A stretch of DNA of 64,000 nucleotides from Planctomycetota bacterium. Its GTDB lineage: Bacteria > Planctomycetota > MHYJ01 > WSZJ01. A model generated the notes under the pieces. The model saw nothing but the letters and a program-made list of their open reading frames with translations, did not search any database and was not told the origin of the DNA. Both the position numbers and the translations under genes were made by a program. This document shows positions 9,846 through 23,501 of this stretch, in pieces; positions within the stretch are counted from its first letter, which is position 1, and the number at the start of each line of letters is the position of its first letter. The DNA lies in assembly GCA_038060895.1 (NCBI GenBank), contig JBBTCT010000001.1:160001-224000 (forward strand). Direction: 5' to 3'.

Positions 9846-12800
9846 TCAGGATCCTGCCTCGGCGTCCCGCGCCACTCCCAGCTCGCCGAGCAGATCCTGG
9901 ACCAGGCGGCTGTGGCCCGGCCAGCCCGGCCGCGAGAACATCCTCTCGAGGCGTCGTGCGACCGCCACGGCCTGCTCCCGCTGCCCCGCGGCAGCCAGCG
10001 CTCTCGCCAGCGTCGGCCCGACGCGCGCCAGGTCCCGGCGGGAAAGATCGTTCCAGGCAGCATCGTTTGCCACGAACGCCTGTATCGAGCGGCCCTCGAA
10101 CACGTCGCAAACGGCAAGCATGGCGGGCGCGAAGTTACGGCCGCGCGGGAAGTTCGAGGCCTTGCTTCGCGACGCCGCGCGCTCGAGGTATTCGCGCGCA
10201 ACGGCCGGCGAATCCGGGAAGCGCAATTCGGCGGCGGCGAGGAGCGCGTCGACCGACTCCCAGGTCCAGCCGCCGGCCTCCAGCACCCGGATGGCCTCGT
10301 CCGCCATCGCGATCGCGCGGAGCCGGTCGCCGAGTGCTGCCGCCGACAACGCCCGCGCGACGCTCACCTCGGCCGTCTTCAGGGGGTTCCCGAGCTGACG
10401 GAACAGATCTTCCGCTTCCGCCAGCTGCTCCTCCGCGCCCGCCCCATCGCCCGTGTCGATGGCCAGCTGGCCCAGGCGATGAAGCGCGAACGCGAGGTTC
10501 ATCTGCATGCCTCCCTGCCGGGCCAGCGTGAGGGATTCTTCCAGGTACTGCCGCGCGGGATCAAAGTGTCCCGCGCCAAGGCACGCCTGCGCGACGCTGT
10601 TGAGCGCATAGCCGAGAATCGACCGGTCGCCCACTTCGCGGCAGCGGCGGATTCCTTCCTCGTACAACTCCTTTGCCTCCTGGAACGATTGCCTCAGCCG
10701 GATGTTCGCGATCCCGATGAGGCTCCTGGCCTCCAGCATCCGGTCCCCGATTTCCCGCGCGAGGACGAGCGATTGCTCGCAGGCCGCCCCCGCCTCTTCG
10801 ATCCGGTGACGCCCGTAGTACGCGCCGGCAAGCACGTAAAGCGCATTCGCCAGCCCCGCGCGGTCGCCGACTTCGCGCTTCAGCTCGACGGTTTCGAGCG
10901 AAACACGCAGATTGCCTTCGAAGTCTCCATGCTGGAACAGGATGCTGCCGATCACGTTCAGGTCGCCCGCGGCACCGAAACGGTCGCCGCGCGCTCGACG
11001 GGAGCGGAGGGACTCTTCGAGAAGAGCGAGCGCCTCCGCGTTGCGGCCCAGGACCAGGAAGCACGAAGCGGTCGCTGTCTGGAGATCGGCGCGCACGCCT
11101 GCCGCCGACTCCCCCGCCACCCCGGTTGCGAATTCCTCCTCCGTTCGCGCGATCTCGGCCAGCGCCTCGCTGCTTCGACCGGTGCGGGACATCAGCAGGA
11201 TGCGGGCGCAGCGCGAGTTGAGGCGATCCACTCCGGGAGGGAGAAGCGCGATCGCTTCGGCCGAGGCCGCCAGTGCTTCCTCGTTGCGGCCCATGCCGAG
11301 GAGGACGGAGGCGCGGATCGAGGCGGAGGCCCCCCGGTGGACGCCTGAAGCGGTGTCCGTTATGTGCGCGCATTCGTCGAGCGCCTCGGGGTACCGCGCG
11401 AGGCGGAACAGGGCATTGGCCGCGACGAGGCGGGCCTCCGGACTCGACCCCAGCCGGGAGGACTCGCGTGCTGCGGCGAGAGATTCGGCCCAGGCTCCGC
11501 CGTCGAGGGCCTGCCGCGACGCGGCGAGAAGGACCCGGGCAGCCTCTTCGGCTTCGCCGGCCGCCTCGCGGTGCCCTGCGGCAATTCCGAGCGCCGCGCG
11601 CCCCGCGTCGGCGGCGGCCGATTCGAACAGCAGCGCCGCTTCGTGGTGCAGCCGGGCGCGCTCGCGTTTGGTCACGAGGGAATACGCGGCGTCGCGCAGA
11701 AGCGCGTGCTGGAATGCGAGCTGGCGGTCGCCGGGGAGGAGCGACGCCGGCCGCGCGTAGATCATCTCGCGGCGCCGCGCTTCCTCGAGCGCTTCGGCGA
11801 CGCCGCGTGCCAGCAGCCGGGCCAGCAGCCCTTCCCAGAATTCGCGTCCCACGACGCTCGCCGCTTTCACGATTTCCTTGTCCGCGGCGGGAAGCGCGTC
11901 GAGGCGTGCGACGAGGAGGGCGTGGAGGCCGATCGGAACGCGGGAGGGCGCGGCGAGGAGGCGGGCGGGCGAGTTGCCGACGAGGTTCTCGGTCCGGAGG
12001 AACCGGCAGAGCTCCTCGACGGCGAACGGATTCCCGCCTGAGCCGGATGCGAGGAATTCGGCGAGCGCGGGGTCTGGTGCGGAGCCAAAAGCAGCCTGGG
12101 CGATCGACGCGATCGCCGGCGCGTCGAGGGCGCCGAGCGGGAGGAGTTGCTCTCCTCGAAGCGCGCGCCCCTCTGGCCGCCGCGTGACAACCCACAGCAA
12201 ATCTGTGCCGCGCAGGGACACGGCGAGTTCTTCCAGGAGCGCCAGCGTGTCCTCGTCCGCCCAGTGCAGGTCCTCGAGGCAGACGAGCGCGGGCGCCTGC
12301 GCTTCCAGCCACCGCCGCCAGGCATCCCGGGTTTCCGTCGCGACGCGGGCCGCGGGCAGGTCGCGAATCCGGGCGTTGGGCACGCTGAGGCCGATCGAGA
12401 CGGCGATGAGGCTGGCTGCGTTTTCGCGCTGGACTGATTCGGGCATGGAGCGCTCGAGGGCCGAAGCGAGCGACGCGACGATCCGCGAGGCGTCCGCCCT
12501 GGGGCCTGCGGCCTCGCGGACGAGGCCTGCCAGCGGACCCAGCGGCGGGCGCGCCGATTCGAGAGCGCGCCCTGACAACACGCGCATTTCGGGCCGCGTC
12601 TCGCGGGCCCGCAGACGGAACTCTCCCAGCAGCCGGCTCTTCCCCATGCCCGGCCCCGCTTCGAGGGCCATCAGGGCGCCCCGCCGGCCGAGGGATTCCA
12701 GGAGCGCAGCCATCGGCGCTTCTCGCCCGGCCAGCGGCGCGCGCGCCGTCGCGCCTTCGTGGATCTCCTCGACTTCGAACGCGCTGACCGGCCGTTCGCG

Positions 12801-13313
12801 GCCCTTGAGAACCAGGGGTTCGAGGGCGCGAAGCCGCGCGGCGTGCCGGACTTCCGCGGCGATGCTCTCGCCTGCGATCACGGCGCCCGGCGCCGCCGCG
12901 GCCGACAGACGCTGCGCGACGTTCACGACGTCGCCCATCGCCGTCGCCCGCTCGCCGGCGACGCTTCCCCACAACACTTCTCCCGCGTTCGCGCCGCACG
13001 CCGCCGCAAGCGTCACGCTTCGCTCGCGGGCCAGCGCCGCGACCGCGTCGCGCATCCGGAGGCACGCGCGCACCGCCCGGTGGCCGTCGTCCCGGTGCGC
13101 GACCGGCGCGCCGAAGACGGCCATCAGCGTCTCGCCCACGATCTTGTCAAGCGTTCCTCCCGCGGACTCCACCGCTTCGCGCATGGCGCCGAGCGCGGCG
13201 TCGAAGAGGTCCAGGGCCTCGAGAGGGGGTAGCGACGCCCGAACGGCGTCGACTCCGGCGAGCCGGGCGAAGACGACGGCGACGGTGCGGCGCTCGGAAG
13301 CGGGTTCGGGCAC
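9846..13313 (-). CDS. Class III cyclase-like domain + STAND/AAA ATPase + TPR protein
   Basis: Cyclase fold (GGTLDKIVGETLMAVFGAP, GDVVNVAQRL), Walker A AGPGMGKS, Walker B LEDLHWAD, SGGNPF, C-terminal TPRs. Start trimmed to GTG 13313 to avoid overlapping mfd. Confidence 0.88.
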   Translation of the reverse strand: MPEPASERRTVAVVFARLAGVDAVRASLPPLEALDLFDAALGAMREAVESAGGTLDKIVGETLMAVFGAPVAHRDDGHRAVRACLRMRDAVAALARERSVTLAAACGANAGEVLWGSVAGERATAMGDVVNVAQRLSAAAAPGAVIAGESIAAEVRHAARLRALEPLVLKGRERPVSAFEVEEIHEGATARAPLAGREAPMAALLESLGRRGALMALEAGPGMGKSRLLGEFRLRARETRPEMRVLSGRALESARPPLGPLAGLVREAAGPRADASRIVASLASALERSMPESVQRENAASLIAVSIGLSVPNARIRDLPAARVATETRDAWRRWLEAQAPALVCLEDLHWADEDTLALLEELAVSLRGTDLLWVVTRRPEGRALRGEQLLPLGALDAPAIASIAQAAFGSAPDPALAEFLASGSGGNPFAVEELCRFLRTENLVGNSPARLLAAPSRVPIGLHALLVARLDALPAADKEIVKAASVVGREFWEGLLARLLARGVAEALEEARRREMIYARPASLLPGDRQLAFQHALLRDAAYSLVTKRERARLHHEAALLFESAAADAGRAALGIAAGHREAAGEAEEAARVLLAASRQALDGGAWAESLAAARESSRLGSSPEARLVAANALFRLARYPEALDECAHITDTASGVHRGASASIRASVLLGMGRNEEALAASAEAIALLPPGVDRLNSRCARILLMSRTGRSSEALAEIARTEEEFATGVAGESAAGVRADLQTATASCFLVLGRNAEALALLEESLRSRRARGDRFGAAGDLNVIGSILFQHGDFEGNLRVSLETVELKREVGDRAGLANALYVLAGAYYGRHRIEEAGAACEQSLVLAREIGDRMLEARSLIGIANIRLRQSFQEAKELYEEGIRRCREVGDRSILGYALNSVAQACLGAGHFDPARQYLEESLTLARQGGMQMNLAFALHRLGQLAIDTGDGAGAEEQLAEAEDLFRQLGNPLKTAEVSVARALSAAALGDRLRAIAMADEAIRVLEAGGWTWESVDALLAAAELRFPDSPAVAREYLERAASRSKASNFPRGRNFAPAMLAVCDVFEGRSIQAFVANDAAWNDLSRRDLARVGPTLARALAAAGQREQAVAVARRLERMFSRPGWPGHSRLVQDLLGELGVARDAEAGS

Positions 13314-13425
13314 GATTGGGCGTGGATGATACCTGCGGCGCGCGCTAAGATGCGCCCCTCGCGCAACGGCCGCGGGGCGGAAAGTGCCCTTCGGCCGCGG
13401 CCCTGTTTTTATTTCGGGGCGTTTC

Positions 13426-16400
13426 ATGAGGGAATTTGCGTTGCTGGCGCGCACGCTGCCTGAAATCCAGGCGGCGATGGTCGTGGTCCGCGACCGCAAT
13501 GCCGTGGACCTCGGCGGGCTCTGGGGCTCGAGCGCTGCGCTGGTTGCAGCCTCCATGGCGGCCGCCCCGCCTGCGGAAGAAGACAAGAAGCGTCCTTCTC
13601 CGGCCCGCTGGCTGGTCGTCACAAGCGGAGTCGAGGAAGCCGAACAGACCGTCCTCGACATCGCTTCGTTCTTCGACGGCACAGTCGCCCGCTTTCCCTC
13701 GTGGGAAGCGGCCCCCGGTCCCGACTCCCGCCTGTCGCCGCGCATCTTCGCCCAGCGCCTGAACGTCCTCCTCGATTTCGCAATCCCGGGGCGGACCGCG
13801 CCGCGGGTCGTCGTCGCGCCGATCCAGGCGGTGCTGCAAGGCGTGCCGTCGCCGGACCTGCTCTGGGGAAACCTCCTCGAGATCCGCCCCGGGAAGCCGC
13901 TTCCCATCGACACGCTCGCCCAGCAGCTGGTCGACCACGAGTTCGTGCGCGTGCCGCAGGTCGAGGCGCCCGGGGAATTCAGCGTGCGCGGCGGGATCGT
14001 CGACGTCTTTGCGCACTCGGACGAGCGGCCGTGGCGGATCGTTTACGACGGCGACAACGTCGAGACCGTGAAGCCGTTCGACCCAGCGACGCAGCAGTCG
14101 TTCCGGGCGGAGCGCGAGGCGACGCTGGGGCTGGTGAAGCGGTCGCAGTTCTTCCTGACGCCGGGGACGGGGCACTCGATCGTGGATTACCTGGCGGACA
14201 CGGACTGCGTGCTCTTCCGAGAAGAGTCGGAGCTGGACGAGCGGGCACGGAGGTATCTCGGCACGATTCCTGGCGTTGGCCTCGAACCGCTCGCAGCGCT
14301 GCTCAAGAAGACGGCGAAGCGCGGCGTCGTCCGGACGCACACGCTGCCGGTGAACGAGTCGCCGCATCGCCTGAACATCCGGACGCTGTCGACGCAGCGC
14401 TTCAGCGGTGACTTGAAGAACATCCTGGGCGAGCTGAATCGGGTCGCCGAGGAGGTCCGGAGGGTCATCGTGTACTGCCAGGCGGAGGGCGAAATCCAGC
14501 GTCTCAAGGAGATTCTCAAAGAGGGGAACCTCGAATCACGCGTGACGCCGCACCTTGGCATGCTCCACCGCGGCTTCGTGCTTCCGGCGCTGTCCGCCGC
14601 GTTCATCCCGCACAACGAGCTGTTCAACCGACCGCACCGCCACCACGCCGCGACGACGGGCGCCGTCGAGAAAAAGGGCGAGACGCGCGCGATCGACGCC
14701 TTCCTCGATCTCGAGCCCGGCGACTTCGTCGTGCACAACGTCCACGGCGTCGGCAAATTCATCGGCATCGCCCGCATGGCCCGCGACGGCCGGCAGCAGG
14801 AGTTCCTGCAGGTCGAGTTCAACGAGGGCGTCCGCGTCTACGTCCCCGCTTCGCAGATCGACCAGATCAACAAGTACGTCGGCGGCGGCGCCGCGGTGTC
14901 GCCCGAGCTGTCGCGCGTCGGGTCGGCGGCCTGGGAAGCGAAGAAAGCGCGGGTGGCCGATGCGCTGGAGAAACTCGCGGGGGAGCTGGTGGAAGTGCAG
15001 GCGATCCGCGAGCAGGAACTGGGAACGGCGTTTCCGCCCGACACGCCCTGGCAGCGCGAGTTCGAGGCCGCGTTCCCGTTCGAGGACACGCCCGACCAGA
15101 TCGACGCGACGATCGCGCTCAAGAAGGACATGGAGCGCCCGAAACCGATGGACCGCCTGCTGTGCGGCGATGTCGGCTACGGCAAGACCGAGCTCGCGAT
15201 GCGCGCCGCGTTCAAGACCGTCATGCACGGCAAACAGGTCTGCATCCTGGTGCCGACGACCGTCCTGTCGCAGCAGCACTACGACACGTTTCGCGAGCGC
15301 ATGGCCGCCTACCCGGTCCGCATCGCCGCGCTGTCGCGCTTCCAGTCCAAGGCCGAACAAAAACTCACCGTCGAGGCCACGTCTGCGGGCGCCGTCGACG
15401 TCGTCATCGGCACCCACCGCTTGTTCTCGGGCGACATCCGCTTCAAGGACCTCGGCCTCCTCGTCATCGACGAAGAACAGCGCTTCGGCGTCGAGCACAA
15501 GGAGAAGCTGAAGCGCCTGCGCGCGACGGTGGACATCCTGACGCTGACCGCGACGCCGATTCCGAGGACGCTGCATCTCGCGCTTCTGGGCGTCCGCGAC
15601 ATCAGCACCCTGTCCACGCCGCCGCAGGGCCGCCGCTCGATCCAGACGGAGGTCATGCGGTACTCGAACGAGCGTGTGCGCGAAGCGATTCTTCGCGAGA
15701 TCAACCGCGACGGGCAGGTGTTCTTCGTCCACAACCGCGTGTACGACATCGAGGGTGTCGAGCGGCACCTCAACGACCTGGTGCCGGAAGCGAAGACGAC
15801 GGTCGTCCACGGCCAGATGTCCCCCGACATGCTCGAAGAGCGCATGCTGGCCTTCGTCAATGGCGACGTCGACATGCTCGTCACCACGACGATCATCGAG
15901 TCCGGGCTCGACATCCAGAACGCCAACACGATCATCATCGACGACGCCGACATGTACGGCCTCGCCGACCTTCACCAGCTGCGCGGAAGAGTCGGCCGCT
16001 CGGCCCACCAGGCGTACGCGTACTTCCTCATCCCGAGCGACCGCCCGGTTTCGCACGACGCGGAGAAGCGTCTGCGCGCGATCGAGGAATTCAACGAGCT
16101 CGGCGCCGGCTTCAAGATCGCCACCCGCGACCTCGAGATCCGCGGCGCCGGCAACATCCTCGGCAAGGAACAGTCCGGCCACATCGCCGCCGTCGGCTAC
16201 GAGATGTTCTGCCGGATGCTCGACCAGGCCGTGCGCAAGGCGCGCAAGCTCCCGCCGCCGCTCGACGTCGAGGCCTCGGTGGACTTCCCGGTAGACGCGT
16301 TCATCCCCGCGGAATACGTCCCCGGCGACCGCGTGCGCATCGAGCTGTACCGCCGCATCTGCCGCGCGAAATCGCAGGAAGAACTGGAAGCCGTCAAAAT

Positions 16401-16764
16401 TGAGCTCAACGACCGCTTCGGCCCCCCGCCCGAGCCAGTCCAGACCCTGATCGCGATCGCCGAGGTCCGCGTCGGCGCTTCCCGCCACGACCTCGCCACC
16501 ATCGGCCAGGGCGGCAGCCGCATCATCGCGCGCTTCCGTATCCGCGCGACCGCCGAGATGCTCAAGGCGAAATTCCCGGGCCGCGTCCGCATTGTCGACG
16601 ACGCGAACCTCCACATCGTTCCCGACCCCGAAACGAGCGACCCGCGCAAACTTCTGGCACTCGCGCGCGAGACGCTCGATCCCGCCACGAAGGCGCTCCC
16701 TCCCCCGCCGCCGCCTCCACCGCCGAGGCCCGTGTGGAAGCCGGTGAGAAAGCGCAGCTGGTGA
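13426..16764 (+). CDS. mfd: Transcription-repair coupling factor
   Basis: UvrB-like N-terminus, CarD/RID (VVHNVHGVGKF), MDRLLCGDVGYGKTE, DEEQRFG, LHQLRGRVGR, DLEIRGAGNILG. Confidence 0.97.
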   Translation: MREFALLARTLPEIQAAMVVVRDRNAVDLGGLWGSSAALVAASMAAAPPAEEDKKRPSPARWLVVTSGVEEAEQTVLDIASFFDGTVARFPSWEAAPGPDSRLSPRIFAQRLNVLLDFAIPGRTAPRVVVAPIQAVLQGVPSPDLLWGNLLEIRPGKPLPIDTLAQQLVDHEFVRVPQVEAPGEFSVRGGIVDVFAHSDERPWRIVYDGDNVETVKPFDPATQQSFRAEREATLGLVKRSQFFLTPGTGHSIVDYLADTDCVLFREESELDERARRYLGTIPGVGLEPLAALLKKTAKRGVVRTHTLPVNESPHRLNIRTLSTQRFSGDLKNILGELNRVAEEVRRVIVYCQAEGEIQRLKEILKEGNLESRVTPHLGMLHRGFVLPALSAAFIPHNELFNRPHRHHAATTGAVEKKGETRAIDAFLDLEPGDFVVHNVHGVGKFIGIARMARDGRQQEFLQVEFNEGVRVYVPASQIDQINKYVGGGAAVSPELSRVGSAAWEAKKARVADALEKLAGELVEVQAIREQELGTAFPPDTPWQREFEAAFPFEDTPDQIDATIALKKDMERPKPMDRLLCGDVGYGKTELAMRAAFKTVMHGKQVCILVPTTVLSQQHYDTFRERMAAYPVRIAALSRFQSKAEQKLTVEATSAGAVDVVIGTHRLFSGDIRFKDLGLLVIDEEQRFGVEHKEKLKRLRATVDILTLTATPIPRTLHLALLGVRDISTLSTPPQGRRSIQTEVMRYSNERVREAILREINRDGQVFFVHNRVYDIEGVERHLNDLVPEAKTTVVHGQMSPDMLEERMLAFVNGDVDMLVTTTIIESGLDIQNANTIIIDDADMYGLADLHQLRGRVGRSAHQAYAYFLIPSDRPVSHDAEKRLRAIEEFNELGAGFKIATRDLEIRGAGNILGKEQSGHIAAVGYEMFCRMLDQAVRKARKLPPPLDVEASVDFPVDAFIPAEYVPGDRVRIELYRRICRAKSQEELEAVKIELNDRFGPPPEPVQTLIAIAEVRVGASRHDLATIGQGGSRIIARFRIRATAEMLKAKFPGRVRIVDDANLHIVPDPETSDPRKLLALARETLDPATKALPPPPPPPPPRPVWKPVRKRSW

Positions 16765-17231
16765 GCAAGCTCCGGCTCCTTCGAACGGACTCGGAAAGTC
16801 GGCTGTTTGTCGCCGACCCCTGGCTGACGTTGCGATCGGAAGACTATGCCGGCGTACGTTGGCCGTCCTGCCTTCTCGCAACCGATCACGAAGTGGACAT
16901 TGCCGCCATTCTGCCCGCGCTGCGCGAGATCCTCTGCGCGGGAGCGACGTACTTTTGTTTCTGCGGACCCAATGCCTCTGCCATTCACGTCGCGACGGAC
17001 GGCCTGGACATCCTGCTGACCAGCAACCGAGACATACCGGTCGGCCGCGGTGGATACGCAGGCACGATTGGAGAAAATGACACGTCTCTCGAAGACTCAA
17101 TCTTTGAATTCGGGACCTGCGCTATTCACGAAGACCACACGGCCTTTGACCGGCTGGTCATCCCCCTTGGTCTGCAGCCCTTCAAGGATGATCTCCTCCG
17201 CCGGCTGAAGAATTCCTCAGACTTCCATTAG
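16761..17231 (+). CDS. Hypothetical protein with lower-GC codon usage
   Basis: GTG overlaps the mfd TGA (GTGA). Protein-like composition; visibly more A/T-ending codons than neighbours. Confidence 0.6.
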   Translation: MSKLRLLRTDSESRLFVADPWLTLRSEDYAGVRWPSCLLATDHEVDIAAILPALREILCAGATYFCFCGPNASAIHVATDGLDILLTSNRDIPVGRGGYAGTIGENDTSLEDSIFEFGTCAIHEDHTAFDRLVIPLGLQPFKDDLLRRLKNSSDFH

Positions 17232-17289
17232 TCGGAACCGGCTCTTGAAGTAGCCTCTAGCCAGTCTGTCTAGCTAGAAAGGACTTTCG

Positions 17290-17541
17290 ATGAAAAACCA
17301 GTGACCCCTGCAGGATGCCAAGAACCGCTTCAGCGAGGTCGTCGAGCGCGCGCTTCGGGAAGGACCACAGTACGTGACGCGTCGCGGCAAGGAGGCCGTT
17401 GTGGTCGTCGCGATCGACGAATTCCGCAAGGCCCGAGCGCCACGCGAAACTCTCTTCGAGTTCCTCCAGAAGTCCCCGATGCGCGGGGTGCGCCTCGACC
17501 TCCGCCGGCCGCGCGACATGGGACGCCGTATCGACCTGTGA
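17290..17541 (+). pseudogene. Phd/YefM antitoxin with a nonsense codon at codon 5
   Basis: MKNQ*PLQDAKNRFSEVVERALREGPQYVTRRGKEAVVVV... matches the Phd/YefM pattern WxLQDAKNRFSEVV. TGA at 17302-17304 occupies the Trp position. SD GAAAGGA upstream. Confidence 0.85.
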
Positions 17542-17665
17542 ACTACCTGCTGGACACCTGCGTCATCTCGGAGGGGACCCGGCCGCGCCCGTACACGAGG
17601 ATGTCGGCCTGGCAGGCGTCCCTGCCGCGGGAATCGAAGTGCTCGACCCGTGGAAGAGAGCATGA
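17538..17665 (+). pseudogene. VapC/PIN toxin remnant with internal deletion
   Basis: GTG overlaps the antitoxin stop. The PIN N-terminus (NYLLDTCVISE..RPRP) is joined out of frame to the PIN C-terminus (GIEVLDPWKRA*); only about 128 nt in total. Confidence 0.82.
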
Positions 17666-17687
17666 CGCCGGATGCTAAGATTCGACC

Positions 17688-18815
17688 GTGATCCGGCTGC
17701 TCTCCACGACTCTCCTCATGGCGCTCGCCTCGACCGCAGCCGCGGAGGAGACGAAACTTGAATCGGCGGGCGCATTCCGCGTCAGGCGTCCTGCGGACTG
17801 GAGCCGGGTCGAGGACAAGGAGCAGGGGACGGTGATGTATGCGCCGGAGGAAGCCGAAGCGGGGTCGTGCGCGCTGATGAAACTCCCCGGCGAGGAATCC
17901 AAGGCGACCCCCGCGGCCTGGGCCAGGACCACGTATGACAAGATGGCCGAGGGCAGCGTTTCGTCCAAGGCCGCCGATCCTGCGAGCCGGGGGCGCTGGG
18001 CGGTGCAGGGCGGGACGATCACGGATGCCGCGGGGACGAAGGCGAAGGTCGCGATCTACGCCGTGCGATTGGGGAAACGCATCGAGGCGTTTGCGTATCT
18101 CGGGGACTCCTCGAAGACTTTCAAGAAGTACGCGACGGACGTCGAAGCGCTTCTCGATTCCGCGACGTGGATCGGACGCAACGAGCCGGGATCGCCCGTG
18201 AAAGGCATCGTCTACCGGCACTACAGATCCACACTGATGCCCGCTTCCGCAGGCGGCGGGACGTTCTGGCGCACCACGGTGGTGCACGTGACGCTCTTCG
18301 ACGACGGACTCGCCTGCGAGCTGTGGCCCGAGGGGGGAATCGCGACGGCGGACCCGAACGTCATTCATGAGAACGCCGTGAACGACTGCTTCGGGGAGTG
18401 GAAGCGCGACGGCGACACGATGACGGTCCAGTGGCACGTCGGCCGCACGGATGTCTACGACGTGGAAGACGGGAAGCTCGTCGCCGGGCGCCACCCGCTC
18501 GTGCCCGTGGCGCCTGTCGACGGCCTGCGCTTTTCCGGCCGCTACGAGTGGATGGGCATCGAGAAACTCTCCTGGATCGAGTTCCGCGACGACGGCACGT
18601 TCGACGGCGACCGCGTCCTCGAGATGATTCCCCACCGTAACGGCGAGGCGCGCCCGGGCCGAGGCACCGGCACGTACGTGATCCGCGATTTCGCGATCGA
18701 GCTGAAGTGGGACCAGGGCGGCTTCGCGCGGACGATCTCGTTCGATGCGTATGGGGACGACCCGAAGAAGGCGGACAGCCTGGGGCTCGCGGGGACGACG
18801 TTCGGGGCGAAGTAG
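17688..18815 (+). CDS. Secreted hypothetical protein
   Basis: Signal peptide (LLSTTLLMALASTAAA), host-like codon usage. Confidence 0.75.
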   Translation: MIRLLSTTLLMALASTAAAEETKLESAGAFRVRRPADWSRVEDKEQGTVMYAPEEAEAGSCALMKLPGEESKATPAAWARTTYDKMAEGSVSSKAADPASRGRWAVQGGTITDAAGTKAKVAIYAVRLGKRIEAFAYLGDSSKTFKKYATDVEALLDSATWIGRNEPGSPVKGIVYRHYRSTLMPASAGGGTFWRTTVVHVTLFDDGLACELWPEGGIATADPNVIHENAVNDCFGEWKRDGDTMTVQWHVGRTDVYDVEDGKLVAGRHPLVPVAPVDGLRFSGRYEWMGIEKLSWIEFRDDGTFDGDRVLEMIPHRNGEARPGRGTGTYVIRDFAIELKWDQGGFARTISFDAYGDDPKKADSLGLAGTTFGAK

Positions 18816-18825
18816 CGTGAATGAC

Positions 18826-22362
<3,537 letters not shown>

Positions 22363-22372
22363 GCCGCTCCAG

Positions 22373-23368
22373 TTACTTCCCCGTTCCGGCCTCCGCGACG
22401 GCCCACACCAGCACGATGAGATTTCCCCCGCCCGTCGCGACGAGCTTGCCGTCCGGCGAAATCGCGACGGAGTACACGCGAGAGCCATGGCCGTCGATCT
22501 TGAAGCGCGCTTCCCCGGTCTCCGCGTCCCAGGCGCGCAGGGTCTGGTCGGTACTTCCGGAAACGATGAGTTTCCCGTCGGCGCTGAAGACCGCCTTCGT
22601 GGCCATGCGCTCGTGACCGACGATCTGTCGCTCGCGCTCGCCGGTTTCCGCATTCCAGATCCCTACCGTCGCTTCGCGCCCGGCCGTCACGAGCTTCGAG
22701 CCGTCCGGCGACCAGGCAACGTGATTCGTGCCGCCCTCGTGGCCCTTGAGTTTGCGAAGAGCCTTCCCCGCCGGGAGTTCCCAGAGGCGGACGGATCCGT
22801 CCAGGCTGGACGACGCGAGCGTCTTGCCGTCCGGCGCGAAGGCGACGGACATGACGACGTTCTCGTGCCCCTCGAGCGAGGCCTGCTCCTTGCCGGTCGC
22901 CGCTTCCCAGAGCTTGATCTTCTTGTCGCCGGCGCCTGAGGCGACGGTCTTGCCATCCGGCGAGAAGGCCGCGGCATAGACGTAGCCGACGTGTCCCTTC
23001 ATCGTCCGGACTTCCTTGCCGGTCGCCGTGGTCCAGAGCCGCACCGTGCCGTCCGCGCTCGCCGTGACGATCGTCTTTTCGTCGGGCGAAAACGCCGCGC
23101 CGTAAACCCACCCGGTGTGCCCGATGAACGCCCGCACTTCCTTGCCCGTCGCGACCGTCCAGAGGTGCGCCCGTCCGTCTTCGCTTCCCGACAAAAGCAG
23201 CTTCCCGTCCTTGGAAAATGCGACGCTGTCGACGGCGCAGTCGGATTTCGTCGTGGCGCGTCCCATGCGGACGGTGGCTCCGGCGGGAAGCGGGTCGCCA
23301 TTGGAGTCCTTTTTCGGTTCCTGGGCGAAAGCGGCGGACACCAGGAAGAGGGGCATGAGGAAGCGCAC
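22373..23368 (-). CDS. Secreted WD40-repeat protein
   Basis: Signal peptide, DSNGDPLPAGATVRMG leader motif, about seven GH...V..AFSPDGK...W repeats. Confidence 0.93.
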   Translation of the reverse strand: MRFLMPLFLVSAAFAQEPKKDSNGDPLPAGATVRMGRATTKSDCAVDSVAFSKDGKLLLSGSEDGRAHLWTVATGKEVRAFIGHTGWVYGAAFSPDEKTIVTASADGTVRLWTTATGKEVRTMKGHVGYVYAAAFSPDGKTVASGAGDKKIKLWEAATGKEQASLEGHENVVMSVAFAPDGKTLASSSLDGSVRLWELPAGKALRKLKGHEGGTNHVAWSPDGSKLVTAGREATVGIWNAETGERERQIVGHERMATKAVFSADGKLIVSGSTDQTLRAWDAETGEARFKIDGHGSRVYSVAISPDGKLVATGGGNLIVLVWAVAEAGTGK

Positions 23369-23501
23369 GTTTCCATCTTATCCCGTCGGGGCGCGAGAGC
23401 TTGCTCCTGTCCGGAAGCAGGGCGAAACTTGAGTTCGTGACATTCCGGCGGCTAACATCCGCCTTCCGTACAACGATGACGGGAGCAATGGAGCAGAGAA
23501 A

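Noticed and set aside
13314-13913. N-terminal 200 aa of the 1355-aa ORF 9846..13913
   Set aside because: Antisense to mfd with no domain features. The cyclase domain begins right after GTG 13313.
17302-17304. In-frame TGA in the antitoxin as Sec, or as evidence for UGA=Trp recoding
   Set aside because: It aligns to Trp rather than Cys, lacks the shared hairpin geometry, and its partner toxin is deleted. Many intact genes here (rnc, mfd, trpA, trpB, aroC) end at TGA at their expected lengths, so UGA is a normal stop.
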